Shown one piece after another: positions 19,140-29,924 of a stretch of 64,000 nucleotides of DNA; the first letter of the stretch is position 1, and every line of letters starts with the position of its first letter. The translations under genes were made by a program, and so were the position numbers. The stretch lies in assembly GCA_030950485.1 (NCBI GenBank), contig JAUZRK010000006.1:19975-83974 (forward strand). The letters run 5' to 3'. The DNA comes from Candidatus Dojkabacteria bacterium. GTDB taxonomy: Bacteria > Patescibacteriota > Dojkabacteria > J137. The notes below the pieces were generated by a model. That model did no database searches. It saw nothing but the letters and a program-made list of their open reading frames with translations, and was not told the DNA's origin.

Positions 19140-20663
19140 TTAAAGTTTCTGAGTCATACTATTTCCCATATCAATCATACTCTGAATCTTTCTTGCAGCT
19201 TGGACTGGCGATTTAACATACTTTAAATACATAGAGTTTGTATCCGTTAACTTATTTACCTCTATAAGTTTAATTGTCCCTATATCAAAAATTCTTTGTA
19301 ATGGATTTTGGATTACAGTAACTCTGTCAAATTCACTTGTACCTAATGTTTTTAATCTCCTGATAAGTCCTCCATTGGATATTATAATTTTACCCTGAAG
19401 AGAGTCAAAAAAGTTATCATCAATAACTTGAATTTCACTAGGAATAAATTTATAAGTCAAACTAGATTTATTTAAATAGGCTAGTAGTTCTACAGTTAAC
19501 AATACTATTACTATCAAAAAACTGAATAAGGTAATATATGAATTATACGTACTATTTTTAATTATACTTGATAGAAATATATAACCGATTATTAATAGAC
19601 CTAGTAGTAAAGATATTCTAATTAAAGTTATTATTTTTAGAATAGAAAAGTCAGTAGGTACAGAAAATGCCTTCCATCTTCTTTTTCTTATAGTTCTAAC
19701 TTCTACTTCTCTATTCTTCAGAGTTACAGGTTTAATATCTTGTTATTGCAGCTAGATTATTTTCACTATCATCTCTTACTATAGAAATTTTACCTCCTTT
19801 ATTTAGAACATAATCAACAATTTTCTGAATTTTATAAGCTCTTTTATATAATGACTTAGCATGCATATTCAAGATTAATTTCTTAACCCTACCTTGCTTA
19901 GCAAATCTTCTTATTTTATTTAAATCGATTAGTTTTGTTTCCCCTTCAGCTAATTTATCGACTTCTTCTGTAAAGTTAACTTCTGCTAAGACCTTTTCCC
20001 AAAGTTCATATGCCGTTGAATCTTGATAATCTCCTTCAATTTCGCCAATAATCGTTCCTTTTTTTAGAAAGCTCTTAAATAGTGCTATATTCTCCTTTGT
20101 TGACGTTATAATAAATTCATTATTTTTGGAAAACTTAAATAATCTTTTAGTAATGAGTTGAATATATACTTCCTTCTCATTAGCTATACTAGATTCTTTA
20201 ACTGCTTGACCATGTATAATAGAAGATCCTCCTCCTATATGACTCTGAATTTGTTTTTCTTTATCAATATAGTAACCAAGCTCTTCAACATTTTTAGGCC
20301 AAAGAGAATCATTTATTTCCAGTTCTCTAAAACTATTTTTGTAAATTCTATAATTCTATTATGTTTACTACTAATATCAATTATTGTTTTAGTACTTGTA
20401 GCTACCTCTTCTAGTAGAAAGTATATAAAGTTTAGATCTATGTAAACATTATTACCTAACTCTTCAGCTACTTTTATGACTTTTATATAATCTTTAGTCA
20501 TAAATATAGCTATCGATCTTACATTACTCTCTATAGACTTCCTTATTAAGTCTTGTTCAAGAGAATCTATACTTGCTTGGTAAAATTCTCTGTAGTCCTT
20601 GTCATGCTTTATATTATTAATAAAGTATTCATTATTTTCAATTTCATTTTTAGCATTATTCAA
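19140..20663 (-). pseudogene. YdbT-like membrane-flanked bacterial PH (bPH_2) domain protein split into three ORFs by two frameshifts.
   Basis: The pieces are 20663-20313 (frame 2), 20355-19732 (frame 0, no start codon, not in ORF track) and 19742-19140 (frame 2, contains two TM helices and bPH motif LIRRLKTLGTSEFDRVTVIQNPLQRIFDIGTIKL). Pieces 1 and 3 share a frame. Confidence 0.6.
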
Positions 20664-21027
20664 AAGTGTTTTTAATTTTTTTAAATTATTTTTGGATAAT
20701 TTAAATAAATACTTATCTTTGGAAGCTTATAATGAGTGTTCTCATTCTTTTTATTTAACTCTTTTAAAACCTCTTTATTTAACCATTCCATATTTTTTCC
20801 CATAATTTTTTTTCTTAACATCTTAAATACTATACAACAAGACCTAAAAATAGTGACAATTCTATGTGTCTTTTCTAACAGTTCTTAACTGAAGCATGCT
20901 TATTGGTCTCTGGATATATATTAATAGCTTAACACATTATGAGAGAATTGCCAAGCAACGATGACATATTATTTTGTCGAAGATACACAATCTTGTCCTT
21001 AGAATATATAAATTAATACTATTAGAG

Positions 21028-22143
21028 CTACTCATCATCTTTTATAACAGAATACCCTATAGCTTCGGTAATGTGATCGAAGCCATCAGCTTTCATTAAC
21101 CTAACTAAGCCCTTATTAATCTCTTTAATTAAACTAGGACCTTCATATATCATCCCTGTGATTAGTTGAACTAGACTAGCACCCAGCTTTATTTTTGTAT
21201 AGGCATCCTCTGCAGAAAAAATACCTCCAACTCCAATTACAGTAAGTGTACTTCCATATAATTTATAAGTCTGCTTTATTAATTCATTACTTAAAGAAAA
21301 AGTTGGTCGTCCTCCTATACCTCCTTGAATATTTTCAGGAATTTCATCTTTTATTTCATTTGAGTTTCTATCCTTGTTTAGGTTAGCAATAATTACTCCT
21401 TCAAATTTAAACTTAATAATTATTTTTAATAAATCATTAAAATCAGTCAATGGCAGATTTAGTGGCATCTTTACATACCTAGGCTTATCCGTCTTAATCT
21501 CTGAAAGCTTAGAGAGTAATTTATCTAATCTATCAGGCGTTGTATACGGTTCTCCTCCATAAGCATTAGGACAAGATATATTTATAGTATAAAAATCGCC
21601 AAGATCAGCAGAAACAAGTTTTTCCATACATTGATAATAGTCTTCTATTCCTCCCTCTACTGTAGATGATTCTGTAGAATTAGTTTTCGCAATTGAAAAA
21701 CTAATAGGGAAATTGTTATTTTTCTTTAGCTTTTTAACTTTTTCAATAATTTTATCAACTCCAATATTCTTCAACCCATAATAAACAACTAATCCTTCTG
21801 ATTTTTTAAGTCTATACAGCCTAGGCTTTGGATTACCTTCATAAGGATTTAAAGTTACAGAGCCAACTTGCATAAAGCCGAATCCAACATGGTATAAAGT
21901 GTCTATCAAATTAGCATCCTTATCAAAACCTGCTGATAAACCGGCTGGATTTGTATACTTTATACCATCTATTTCCTGTTCAAGCATCTTGTTATCATAT
22001 CTAAAAACTAGCCTTAGGATAGTTCTAGTTAACTTAAACCTCCCTAGGAAAGCACCTACGATAAGCATACGATCATGAACATCCTCAGGATCTTTTCGAA
22101 AAAATATTGGCTTTAATGCTTTTTTATACAGAAACTTTATCAT
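21028..22143 (-). CDS. pyrD: Dihydroorotate dehydrogenase (quinone), class 2.
   Basis: 371 aa. N-terminal membrane-association extension. TIM-barrel DHODH motifs (GFGFMQVGSVT, IGVGGI). Confidence 0.8.
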   Translation of the reverse strand: MIKFLYKKALKPIFFRKDPEDVHDRMLIVGAFLGRFKLTRTILRLVFRYDNKMLEQEIDGIKYTNPAGLSAGFDKDANLIDTLYHVGFGFMQVGSVTLNPYEGNPKPRLYRLKKSEGLVVYYGLKNIGVDKIIEKVKKLKKNNNFPISFSIAKTNSTESSTVEGGIEDYYQCMEKLVSADLGDFYTINISCPNAYGGEPYTTPDRLDKLLSKLSEIKTDKPRYVKMPLNLPLTDFNDLLKIIIKFKFEGVIIANLNKDRNSNEIKDEIPENIQGGIGGRPTFSLSNELIKQTYKLYGSTLTVIGVGGIFSAEDAYTKIKLGASLVQLITGMIYEGPSLIKEINKGLVRLMKADGFDHITEAIGYSVIKDDE

Positions 22144-22147
22144 TAGT

Positions 22148-22945
22148 TTATTGTAAAATCTTATCTATCATATTCTTAACGTTATCTACATTTTTCTTAG
22201 AACCTATAATAGAAGCATTATAATTCATATCAATAAATTTTAAATTATATATTTCTGCGCCTGCTTCTTGTGAGATTAATCTACCTGCATAAACATCTAC
22301 TAGCTTATCATTTGGCTTAAATAAATCTATATAAATTGAAAACATACCTTGAGATAACCAGGCTAAAGATAATGCACCGGAACCTACATTCCTAACTCTA
22401 TAGAATGATCTATTTAAAATTGAATTTAGTTTATCTAAAATTTGTCCATTAACTAAGTACATTTCAGGTGTTATAGGAATATCTATAACAGCCTGAGAAT
22501 CCGTTAATTCTTTATCATTTTTTATCGTTAATTTTTTACCATTTAGGTAAGCACCTTGAGATTTTATTCCTATATACATTTGGTCTGAAACTGGATTGAA
22601 AATAAAGCCAATAAGCGGCTCATTATTCCTAACTAAAGCAATAGTAATACACCATAATGGAATATCTCTAGCATAATTCTTTGTACCATCTATCGGATCA
22701 ATGGCCCAAAAATATTCCTCCTTATTATTTAAAGCAGGAATCTCTTCACCTATAAATCCCTGATCAGGGAAATTTTTCTTTACAAAATCTGAGAATCTAC
22801 TCTCTATCTCTACATCTATTTTAGTAGTAAAGTCACGATTAGATTTTTTATTATTAATGAAAGTATTACCAAAGTTTTTAAGAGCAAACGTTCCTAGTTC
22901 TCTTAGTTCTTTTTCTACAAGGTCCTTAGTTAAGAGTAAATCCAT
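22148..22945 (-). CDS. Inositol monophosphatase family protein.
   Basis: WAIDPIDGT metal-binding motif. 265 aa. Confidence 0.7.
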   Translation of the reverse strand: MDLLLTKDLVEKELRELGTFALKNFGNTFINNKKSNRDFTTKIDVEIESRFSDFVKKNFPDQGFIGEEIPALNNKEEYFWAIDPIDGTKNYARDIPLWCITIALVRNNEPLIGFIFNPVSDQMYIGIKSQGAYLNGKKLTIKNDKELTDSQAVIDIPITPEMYLVNGQILDKLNSILNRSFYRVRNVGSGALSLAWLSQGMFSIYIDLFKPNDKLVDVYAGRLISQEAGAEIYNLKFIDMNYNASIIGSKKNVDNVKNMIDKILQ

Positions 22946-22972
22946 GAAAACCTATATGAACATATAATATAT

Positions 22973-23758
22973 TTATACACCTAGATCTCTTTTTAAAAAC
23001 AAAAAATATGAAACTAGAAATAAGGTAATGTTTAAAAGCAGTAAAAGACATATATAGTAGAGATTAACCCCAAGTAGTAGAGTTTCGCTTACATTATAAT
23101 AATAGAAAGTTGATATATGTTTTAAAAATTCTAAGTTCTGGCTTAGTTGAGAAAAGACGTGAGTTAGATAACTAACAGTTACAAACAAAGCACCGTATCC
23201 TATACCTGATGACTTTTTCTTTTTTATGTTTTGCATCATCAATGCAAAATTTGCAAATGAGAGACCAAGTACTAATGCAGAAAAAGTAGCCCAGAAAACA
23301 TTAGTTTTATCTATATCAAAACTATAAACCAGCTTTCCTAATAGCAGACTAGTATATAGTACAAAAGATATAATACTTAAATTAGTAATAATAGAAAGCT
23401 CCTTTTCAATTATAAATTTAGTCCTCGAAACTGGCCTAGATAATATTAAATCTAGTGTTCTATTTTCTTCTTCGCTACCTATTGCAGAAGCGCCTAGATT
23501 CACACCAATAATTGGTAGGAATAAGCTATATAACTCTATATTAATCCATCCATTTGGAGTTGTAGCCGAACTTAAATCTCCTATAAAACTTTCAAACGAT
23601 TTGGGAATGCTTTCAGCATACGATGTAATTTCACCTGCTGATGATTCATACAAGGCTGCAAACATAATAGCTATTATTGCAAATCCTAGTGACCATGCAA
23701 TAATGCTAAATTTTCTATTCCAAAGGTTTTTAAAATAAATACTTCTAGCTATATTCAT
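22973..23758 (-). CDS. ABC-2 family transporter permease.
   Basis: 261 aa, 6 TM. Immediately downstream of the ABC ATPase, with a 4-nt overlap. Confidence 0.55.
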   Translation of the reverse strand: MNIARSIYFKNLWNRKFSIIAWSLGFAIIAIMFAALYESSAGEITSYAESIPKSFESFIGDLSSATTPNGWINIELYSLFLPIIGVNLGASAIGSEEENRTLDLILSRPVSRTKFIIEKELSIITNLSIISFVLYTSLLLGKLVYSFDIDKTNVFWATFSALVLGLSFANFALMMQNIKKKKSSGIGYGALFVTVSYLTHVFSQLSQNLEFLKHISTFYYYNVSETLLLGVNLYYICLLLLLNITLFLVSYFLFLKRDLGV

Positions 23759-24657
23759 TTCTTAGTTTCATAATAATGAATAAATAGGTCCTCAATGTGT
23801 GTTTCTGTAGATACCAAATCTACTGGGTTGTGTTTTGCAATTACTTGGATGAATTTATCAACATTTCCTTTTACAGTAAAATAAATACTTTTACTATCAA
23901 CCTTCATTTTTACTATATTTTCTAATTTATCAAACTCTGATTTTAGTACTCTTTCTTCAAATGTCACCTTGTAAGTTCTTAAAGAAATGTCTTTATTATC
24001 CTTTATATCTTCTATTGCTACTAACTCACCATCTCTTATAAATGTAGCTCTATCACAAATCTTTTGCACTTCAGTAAGGTCATGAGAAGATAAGAATATA
24101 GTTTTCCCTTCTTTTTTCAATTCTAAAATGATTTCATAAAAGGTCTGTTTCATTAATGGATCTAAAACCACTTGTAGGTTCATCTAAAATCAATAAATCA
24201 GGTTTATTCATAAGAGCAGTTATTATTCCAATTTTCTGTCTATTTCCTTTTGATAAACTTTTTATTGGTTTACTTAAATCAGCTTTTAATTTAGTCACTA
24301 AGGAATCTAAATACCTTAACTTTATTCCTCCTGATAAGTAGGAAATGTGTTTTAATAGATCATATCCATTCATATTCATATATAAAAATGAATCTCCAGC
24401 AAGATATCCTATTTTTTTCTTTACTTCTTCTGAGTGATGAAAACTATCAAGACCAAATATTTCCACTTTCCCTGATGTTGGTCTAATAAAGTCTAATATA
24501 GTCCTTATAGTTGTACTTTTCCCAGCTCCATTAGGCCCTAGAAATCCAAATATCTCTCCTTTATTAACTTCTATAGATATATTGATTCTCCGTAGTATTT
24601 TGTAAGTTTAGTTATTTTAAGGGGTATGTGTTTTCGCTTTATATCTGTAATTAACAT
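23755..24657 (-). pseudogene. ABC transporter ATP-binding protein split into three frames.
   Basis: N-terminal piece 24657-24571 (frame 0; MLITDIKRKHIPLKITKLTKYYGESIYL). Middle piece ~24607-24134 (frame 1; Walker A GPNGAGKST, signature LSKGNRQKIG, Walker B LLILDEPTSG). C-terminal piece 24183-23755 (frame 0; H-loop SSHDL). The flanking pieces share a frame. Confidence 0.65.
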
Positions 24658-24728
24658 AGAGATATTCTATATGAATTTTGGTGAGAGTAGAAGTGGGTAT
24701 TAAAAACTTTTTAAATAAGCATATTTAG

Positions 24729-26861
24729 TTATTGCCTAGGTAATTTTACAGTAAACTTACTTCCTTTATCCTTACCTTCACTCTCGATTATAAGTTCACC
24801 TCCCATCATTTCCACAAGTCCTTTAACAACGTAAAGTCCTATTCCAGTACCGTCTGGTCTTGGGATTCTTAATACATCCTCAGATTTATCTTCAGTTTCT
24901 ATATAGTTCTCAATTCTATAAAATTTTCTTCCAAGTTTAGGAATTTCATCCTGTGGTATACCAATCCCTGTATCTGATATTACAAACACAAATGAATCTT
25001 TTAATACTTCAAGCTTTAAATTAACACTCCCAGCATCTGTATATTTAACTGCATTACCTACGAGATTGTCTATTATTTGTTGAAGTGCCTCTTTATCTCC
25101 TTTAGTTATTATTGATTCTTCATTTGGTTTTTCAAGTGTAAGTTCTAATCCTTTTTTATCTGCTTTAGATTTAAAAGTATTATAAGATTCGTCTACTATA
25201 TCTAGTATATTAAATTCACTTATAGTTAGTTTCATCTGTGCAGTGTCTAACTTTGTTGCGTTTAACATTCTAGTTATTATATTAGAAAGTCTTTTTATAT
25301 TTTCAATTGCTCTTTTAGTATAGCCTTGAGACTTTTCAAGGAAGTCTTCTTTTGCTATACCTGGTTTATTTGCTGCAAGATCTATCATTTGTATTGCTGT
25401 GCTTGCGTTCCCTGCGGGAGTTCTTAGTTCGTGTGAGAAGATGTCTATCATGTCTTTTTCCTTTCTAAGTGTTTCTTGAAGTTCTTGATTTGCTTGCTTT
25501 AGATCTGAGGTAGCTCCATCAACTCTGTTCTGAAGTTCTTCATTGAATCTCACAGTTTTTTCATAAACTTCAACACGAGCAAAGATATCTCTTAGTTTAC
25601 TAATGATTTCTTCAAGCATATCTAATTCAGTTTTAGAATAAAGTTCACGCGTATTATCAGATCTCGCAGTTAAGTATAAGTTCATATTTATTCTTGCAAC
25701 TATATCGATATTCTTATCTTCAAAGAAAGAGTTCTTTTCTAGATCTTCTTGTAAAATATACATATCTTCAACTTGGTTTAATAAATCCGCCGAAATAACT
25801 ATTTTTTGTGAGTCCTCAGGTAACACAGTGATCTTCTGTCCATAAATAACAACAAAATTGAATAGTGCTCTAGGATAGGCTCTCTCTAAAATCGAAATTA
25901 CAGCATTAACTACTATCTTTTTATCAAGAGTATTCGAAGTATTAGTATCTAATGTCCTAGTTAAATCTTCAAGCAAAACAACTTCAGCTTTAATCATCTT
26001 ACCTAATTCCCTTTCAACTACTGTAAACACTTCTTGAATAAATTCTGCAACAAGAATTGCTGTAAACAAATCAAGAATTAAAGCCTCTGGATCAAAAGCA
26101 CCTAAACCAAATAGGTCTTCTTTAAACAACCTTTGTGTTACTACTATTATAAATAAGATGAGTCCAACAAATAAAGTTTTTATAATTTTAAGAATTAAAG
26201 TTCTAATTGAAAATAGCCTATGCTTGATTATAGAAACTGTAACTGCAGTAGTAAAAGAAATAGAAAAAACTACTCCCAAATTATTAAAATTATAAATTCC
26301 GAGCAGAGGCAATAGTAAATTTGATATAAATGCAGGAGTCACAAAAAGTATAATTCCTACGACCATATACCGTAGTTGAAGTTTTTTTACTGGTGATGCC
26401 GTCTTAAGTCCGATAATCAAATTCCTTAAAAGAATTACTAATGAGAGTATAATAAATACTGTAAATAGTTTTATTAGAGATCCAAGCTCCACATCTATAC
26501 CTCCATTCGATGCTTTTCTAACATTCACTATGATTAGAGTAGAGATCCATACAAGAATTAAGAGGATTAAAGACATGCAAGTTAGTATGCCTATTAAAAG
26601 CTTACTTTTCTTATTTATATAATCAAATGTAAATATAGTCATAAAATATAAAGCAATAAGTGCTGAACTAAAAAGTATTCTCTCCCAAAACATATTGGTG
26701 TATTCATTTAAAGAAATGGTAGCAACACCCCACATACCTATAAAAAAAGTTGCTACCGAAAAACTACGGCCGTAGTAAGTAAGGCCTTTACTTCTTGAAG
26801 CAACCGAAAATGCTAAAATAAGATTTGCGATGCTGGTTAGGGCTAATAGGGCTAATTCCAC
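24729..26861 (-). CDS. Sensor histidine kinase, ~8 TM N-terminal domain + coiled coil + HisKA + HATPase_c. No adjacent response regulator.
   Basis: H-box FSHELRTPAG and G-box GTGIGLYVVKGLVEMMGG. 710 aa. Confidence 0.8.
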   Translation of the reverse strand: MELALLALTSIANLILAFSVASRSKGLTYYGRSFSVATFFIGMWGVATISLNEYTNMFWERILFSSALIALYFMTIFTFDYINKKSKLLIGILTCMSLILLILVWISTLIIVNVRKASNGGIDVELGSLIKLFTVFIILSLVILLRNLIIGLKTASPVKKLQLRYMVVGIILFVTPAFISNLLLPLLGIYNFNNLGVVFSISFTTAVTVSIIKHRLFSIRTLILKIIKTLFVGLILFIIVVTQRLFKEDLFGLGAFDPEALILDLFTAILVAEFIQEVFTVVERELGKMIKAEVVLLEDLTRTLDTNTSNTLDKKIVVNAVISILERAYPRALFNFVVIYGQKITVLPEDSQKIVISADLLNQVEDMYILQEDLEKNSFFEDKNIDIVARINMNLYLTARSDNTRELYSKTELDMLEEIISKLRDIFARVEVYEKTVRFNEELQNRVDGATSDLKQANQELQETLRKEKDMIDIFSHELRTPAGNASTAIQMIDLAANKPGIAKEDFLEKSQGYTKRAIENIKRLSNIITRMLNATKLDTAQMKLTISEFNILDIVDESYNTFKSKADKKGLELTLEKPNEESIITKGDKEALQQIIDNLVGNAVKYTDAGSVNLKLEVLKDSFVFVISDTGIGIPQDEIPKLGRKFYRIENYIETEDKSEDVLRIPRPDGTGIGLYVVKGLVEMMGGELIIESEGKDKGSKFTVKLPRQ

Positions 26862-26863
26862 TC

Positions 26864-27547
26864 TTACTTCTTAATTACAAATAAATTAGCTTGCTCTGAA
26901 TAAGATTTCTCAATATTTAAAATTTGCAGTTTTTTTTCTTTTATTAGACTAATATATTGATCTCGATTCAACCTTGAATAAGCAAGATCTATTTTCTTAT
27001 TAATAATATAAATATATAACAAACTAGGTACTAGCATAAGTGTTTTAAATGCCGATTTAAGAGACACTAATTGTTTCAGTAATATTCTCAAATAACTATA
27101 TTCTTCTTTAGGTATTGGATCAGAAAGTATTATTATTCCATTATTACTAAGTTTGTTGCTTAATAATTCCAGTAATAGATATTTGTCATCAATAGTATAT
27201 AGAACGTTGTTAATAACTATGAGATCATATTTTACCTCAGGTTGAAATTTAGTAATATTATTAATATCAAAACTTTTAAAAATAACTTTATCGCTTCTAA
27301 TTTTTGAGATTGCAACATTTAACATTTCACTACTAGAGTCAAGTGCATAAATTTCTGCCTCTTCAAAATCTCTAACTAGACCTTCAGTGATATTACCAGC
27401 TCCACAACCTAAATCTAGAATGTTCGTAACTTTTTCAGGAAGATATTTATTAGCATTTGATAAAATTTGCTTTTTTAGATCCTGGTAAGCAATAAGATGA
27501 TTTAAGTTATCATAATGTTTTGCATATTTATTCCAATCCACTCTCAT
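26864..27547 (-). CDS. Class I SAM-dependent methyltransferase.
   Basis: Motif I LDLGCGAGNITEGL. 2-nt spacer to the histidine kinase. Confidence 0.65.
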   Translation of the reverse strand: MRVDWNKYAKHYDNLNHLIAYQDLKKQILSNANKYLPEKVTNILDLGCGAGNITEGLVRDFEEAEIYALDSSSEMLNVAISKIRSDKVIFKSFDINNITKFQPEVKYDLIVINNVLYTIDDKYLLLELLSNKLSNNGIIILSDPIPKEEYSYLRILLKQLVSLKSAFKTLMLVPSLLYIYIINKKIDLAYSRLNRDQYISLIKEKKLQILNIEKSYSEQANLFVIKK

Positions 27548-27548
27548 T

Positions 27549-29090
27549 TTAATGATATTTATGTTTTAATGCTTTTTCATTGCTAAAAGAAACAAAATCT
27601 ATACTACATATATTTTCTCTATTATAAGGCTCGTGATATGCTGACTTATATCCTTTATCATTAGCTAATAAGAATTTAATAATAGTTTCTCTTATTAGAA
27701 CCTTTAGTTCATCACTTGAATTTATATGTTCATGCAATTCAACTTCAATATGATAGTTTTGAAACATATCTTCTTCATCGACTTTCTTAACTCTAAATTT
27801 ACCTGTATGTAGATGTGCAATTCCTTCTTGGTGTAGCGCTTCTTTAAATGAATTTATATAAATATTAGCCCCATTTAATATAATAGTATCGTCTGATCTG
27901 CCATATATTGCAAATAGAGGTAGGTGAAATAGATCCCCATCTATATCTTTTAACATTGACTTGAAATCTAAGCCATGATCCTGAGTAATTTTTATAAGTT
28001 TATCATATGGAACTATTTCTGCATCATCATGTAGATTATATCTAATTAGAGGTATTTGTTTGTCCTTAGTTATAATTAGTTCATTATTTACTGTCTCTAG
28101 ATAGTTTTCTACTGGATTATATTGAAAAAAGTGAAGTGGCATATCATCTCTACCAGTTATATCTTTTCTTAACTCTTTGTTTTCATAAACTAGGTCCTTT
28201 AATAATAGTGCTGGTTTTTGTTCAGAAGCAATACCTACACCTGTATCAGCAGTTCCATAAGCTGATATAATTCTATACTCTTCTTTTCCCGAACGACATA
28301 ACTTCTTTGAATAATATTTACTCCATTTATATGTCACACCCTCAGCACCTATAATTGCATATAGATTCAATTCCTTTAAATCAATTCCATAATTACTGCT
28401 TTTATCTACAAACTCTTTAAAAGTCAGAGGATATGCAAACATTACTATTTGATCATATTGATCTCCAAATCTCTTAATCATATCTAATGGTTCATCAACT
28501 GTCATTCCGCAAGCAAAGAAAGTTACATTGCTATACTTTGAGGCTACATGTGACAAACCAGCTAAAACTTGTTGCCCTGTAATCCAACTAGACATTGCAA
28601 AAGTTGATATAAAAAGTGTTTTCTTTTTTTCAATATTAAAGGTGTATCTTAAATTAAAATCCATATACTCTATGAATGATTTATGATCGCTTTTATTTTG
28701 TGTCCAGTATGTTGGTTCCCCTGAGTAACCTGAGCTTCTGTAGAACAAGTGTGGATTTATATCTTTACTCAACTCCTGAAAAGAGTATGCCTGGATATAG
28801 TTCTTCTTATTTGTTATAGGGATAGATTGAAAGTCCTTATAATTTATTTTAGGGTTAAATTTTTTATTTTTTAGAAAAGATTTATATGCAGGTAATTCCA
28901 GAGCTTTTTGGAATAAAGTCTTTGCTGTTTTTCTTGATTTTTTTTCGAGAAAAGTAGAGGGAACTTTACTAAGTGCAAACTTTGCTAGTTTTGTGTTCTT
29001 TAGAAGTATTCCTTGTCCCTTCATCTTTTTTAATATGTCAAATAATACTGGCTGTAATGCAATTTTATCATTTTTATTGAAAAAGAACAA
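27549..29090 (-). CDS. Adenylate-forming enzyme of the ANL superfamily (PaaK/CapK/F390-synthetase/GH3-like).
   Basis: P-loop-like YRSSGYSGEPTYW, as in PaaK SSGTTGKPT. 513 aa. 1-nt spacer to the methyltransferase. Confidence 0.5.
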   Translation of the reverse strand: MFFFNKNDKIALQPVLFDILKKMKGQGILLKNTKLAKFALSKVPSTFLEKKSRKTAKTLFQKALELPAYKSFLKNKKFNPKINYKDFQSIPITNKKNYIQAYSFQELSKDINPHLFYRSSGYSGEPTYWTQNKSDHKSFIEYMDFNLRYTFNIEKKKTLFISTFAMSSWITGQQVLAGLSHVASKYSNVTFFACGMTVDEPLDMIKRFGDQYDQIVMFAYPLTFKEFVDKSSNYGIDLKELNLYAIIGAEGVTYKWSKYYSKKLCRSGKEEYRIISAYGTADTGVGIASEQKPALLLKDLVYENKELRKDITGRDDMPLHFFQYNPVENYLETVNNELIITKDKQIPLIRYNLHDDAEIVPYDKLIKITQDHGLDFKSMLKDIDGDLFHLPLFAIYGRSDDTIILNGANIYINSFKEALHQEGIAHLHTGKFRVKKVDEEDMFQNYHIEVELHEHINSSDELKVLIRETIIKFLLANDKGYKSAYHEPYNRENICSIDFVSFSNEKALKHKYH

Positions 29091-29128
29091 TGGTAGTGAT
29101 TACTTCTAAATTATATCTTTAAAAAATC

Positions 29129-29827
29129 TTAGCCCTTTATTCCTTCAACGGCTATTCTATTAAACTCCTCAGCACTCGTTCTATTCGGTGCATGCTTAGA
29201 TCCGGAAACCTCAAATCTATTTCTAGATTCCACTTTATCATACGAATCTAGCTCTGAAACTGGATCATTTCCACCGACAATTACACACGTCTGATCAGTT
29301 ATATCCTCGTCTCTTATATAGAATTTTTCTTCAAAGATTTCAAAAATGCTATCAATAATAGCTTTAGTTTTTGTTAATTTAATATTATCAAATGTAATTT
29401 TATTATTTAGCGATTTTGTATCATTACTGATCATTAACTTAGACCAAAACCTTCTAAAGACAATCGAATTCTTTAATACAAAAATTATTATAGGTAATAG
29501 CCTTATGGCATTTAAGAATCTGAGTAAAAAAATAAGACCTTTTCTCCAAATTCCAGATTTAGTTTTAGGCGGACCAACTAAGATAACTTTATTATTTATC
29601 TTTTTAACAATTTTCGAAGCTATTATCGAGCCGAGACTATGTCCAATAATAATATCAACATCTACGTTTATCTCATATAGAAATTTAGTCACCGTTGTCA
29701 CATAGTTTTCAATTGTATATTTATCTAGTTCTCCAGATAGACCATGTCCTGGTAAATCAATCAGTATCAAATTAAAATCATTCTTAAAAGCATCAATATT
29801 ATTAAGGTAATTATTAGAAGCATCCAT
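29129..29827 (-). CDS. Alpha/beta-fold hydrolase.
   Basis: GHSLGS nucleophile elbow (GxSxG). LIDLPGHG oxyanion region. Confidence 0.6.
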   Translation of the reverse strand: MDASNNYLNNIDAFKNDFNLILIDLPGHGLSGELDKYTIENYVTTVTKFLYEINVDVDIIIGHSLGSIIASKIVKKINNKVILVGPPKTKSGIWRKGLIFLLRFLNAIRLLPIIIFVLKNSIVFRRFWSKLMISNDTKSLNNKITFDNIKLTKTKAIIDSIFEIFEEKFYIRDEDITDQTCVIVGGNDPVSELDSYDKVESRNRFEVSGSKHAPNRTSAEEFNRIAVEGIKG

Positions 29828-29924
29828 CCATAAATTATTAAAATAGTTTTTTTAGATTCTGAATATTTATTCGTATAGTAGTTAATTTTTATACCATTTA
29901 TGTAGACATTCTTTGATTCCAAAT

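Noticed and set aside
20158-20805. Plus-strand ORFs 20158-20445 and 20599-20805.
   Set aside because: They lie antisense to the YdbT-like gene pieces, which have clear protein-like translation and a bPH motif. Their own translations are low-complexity.
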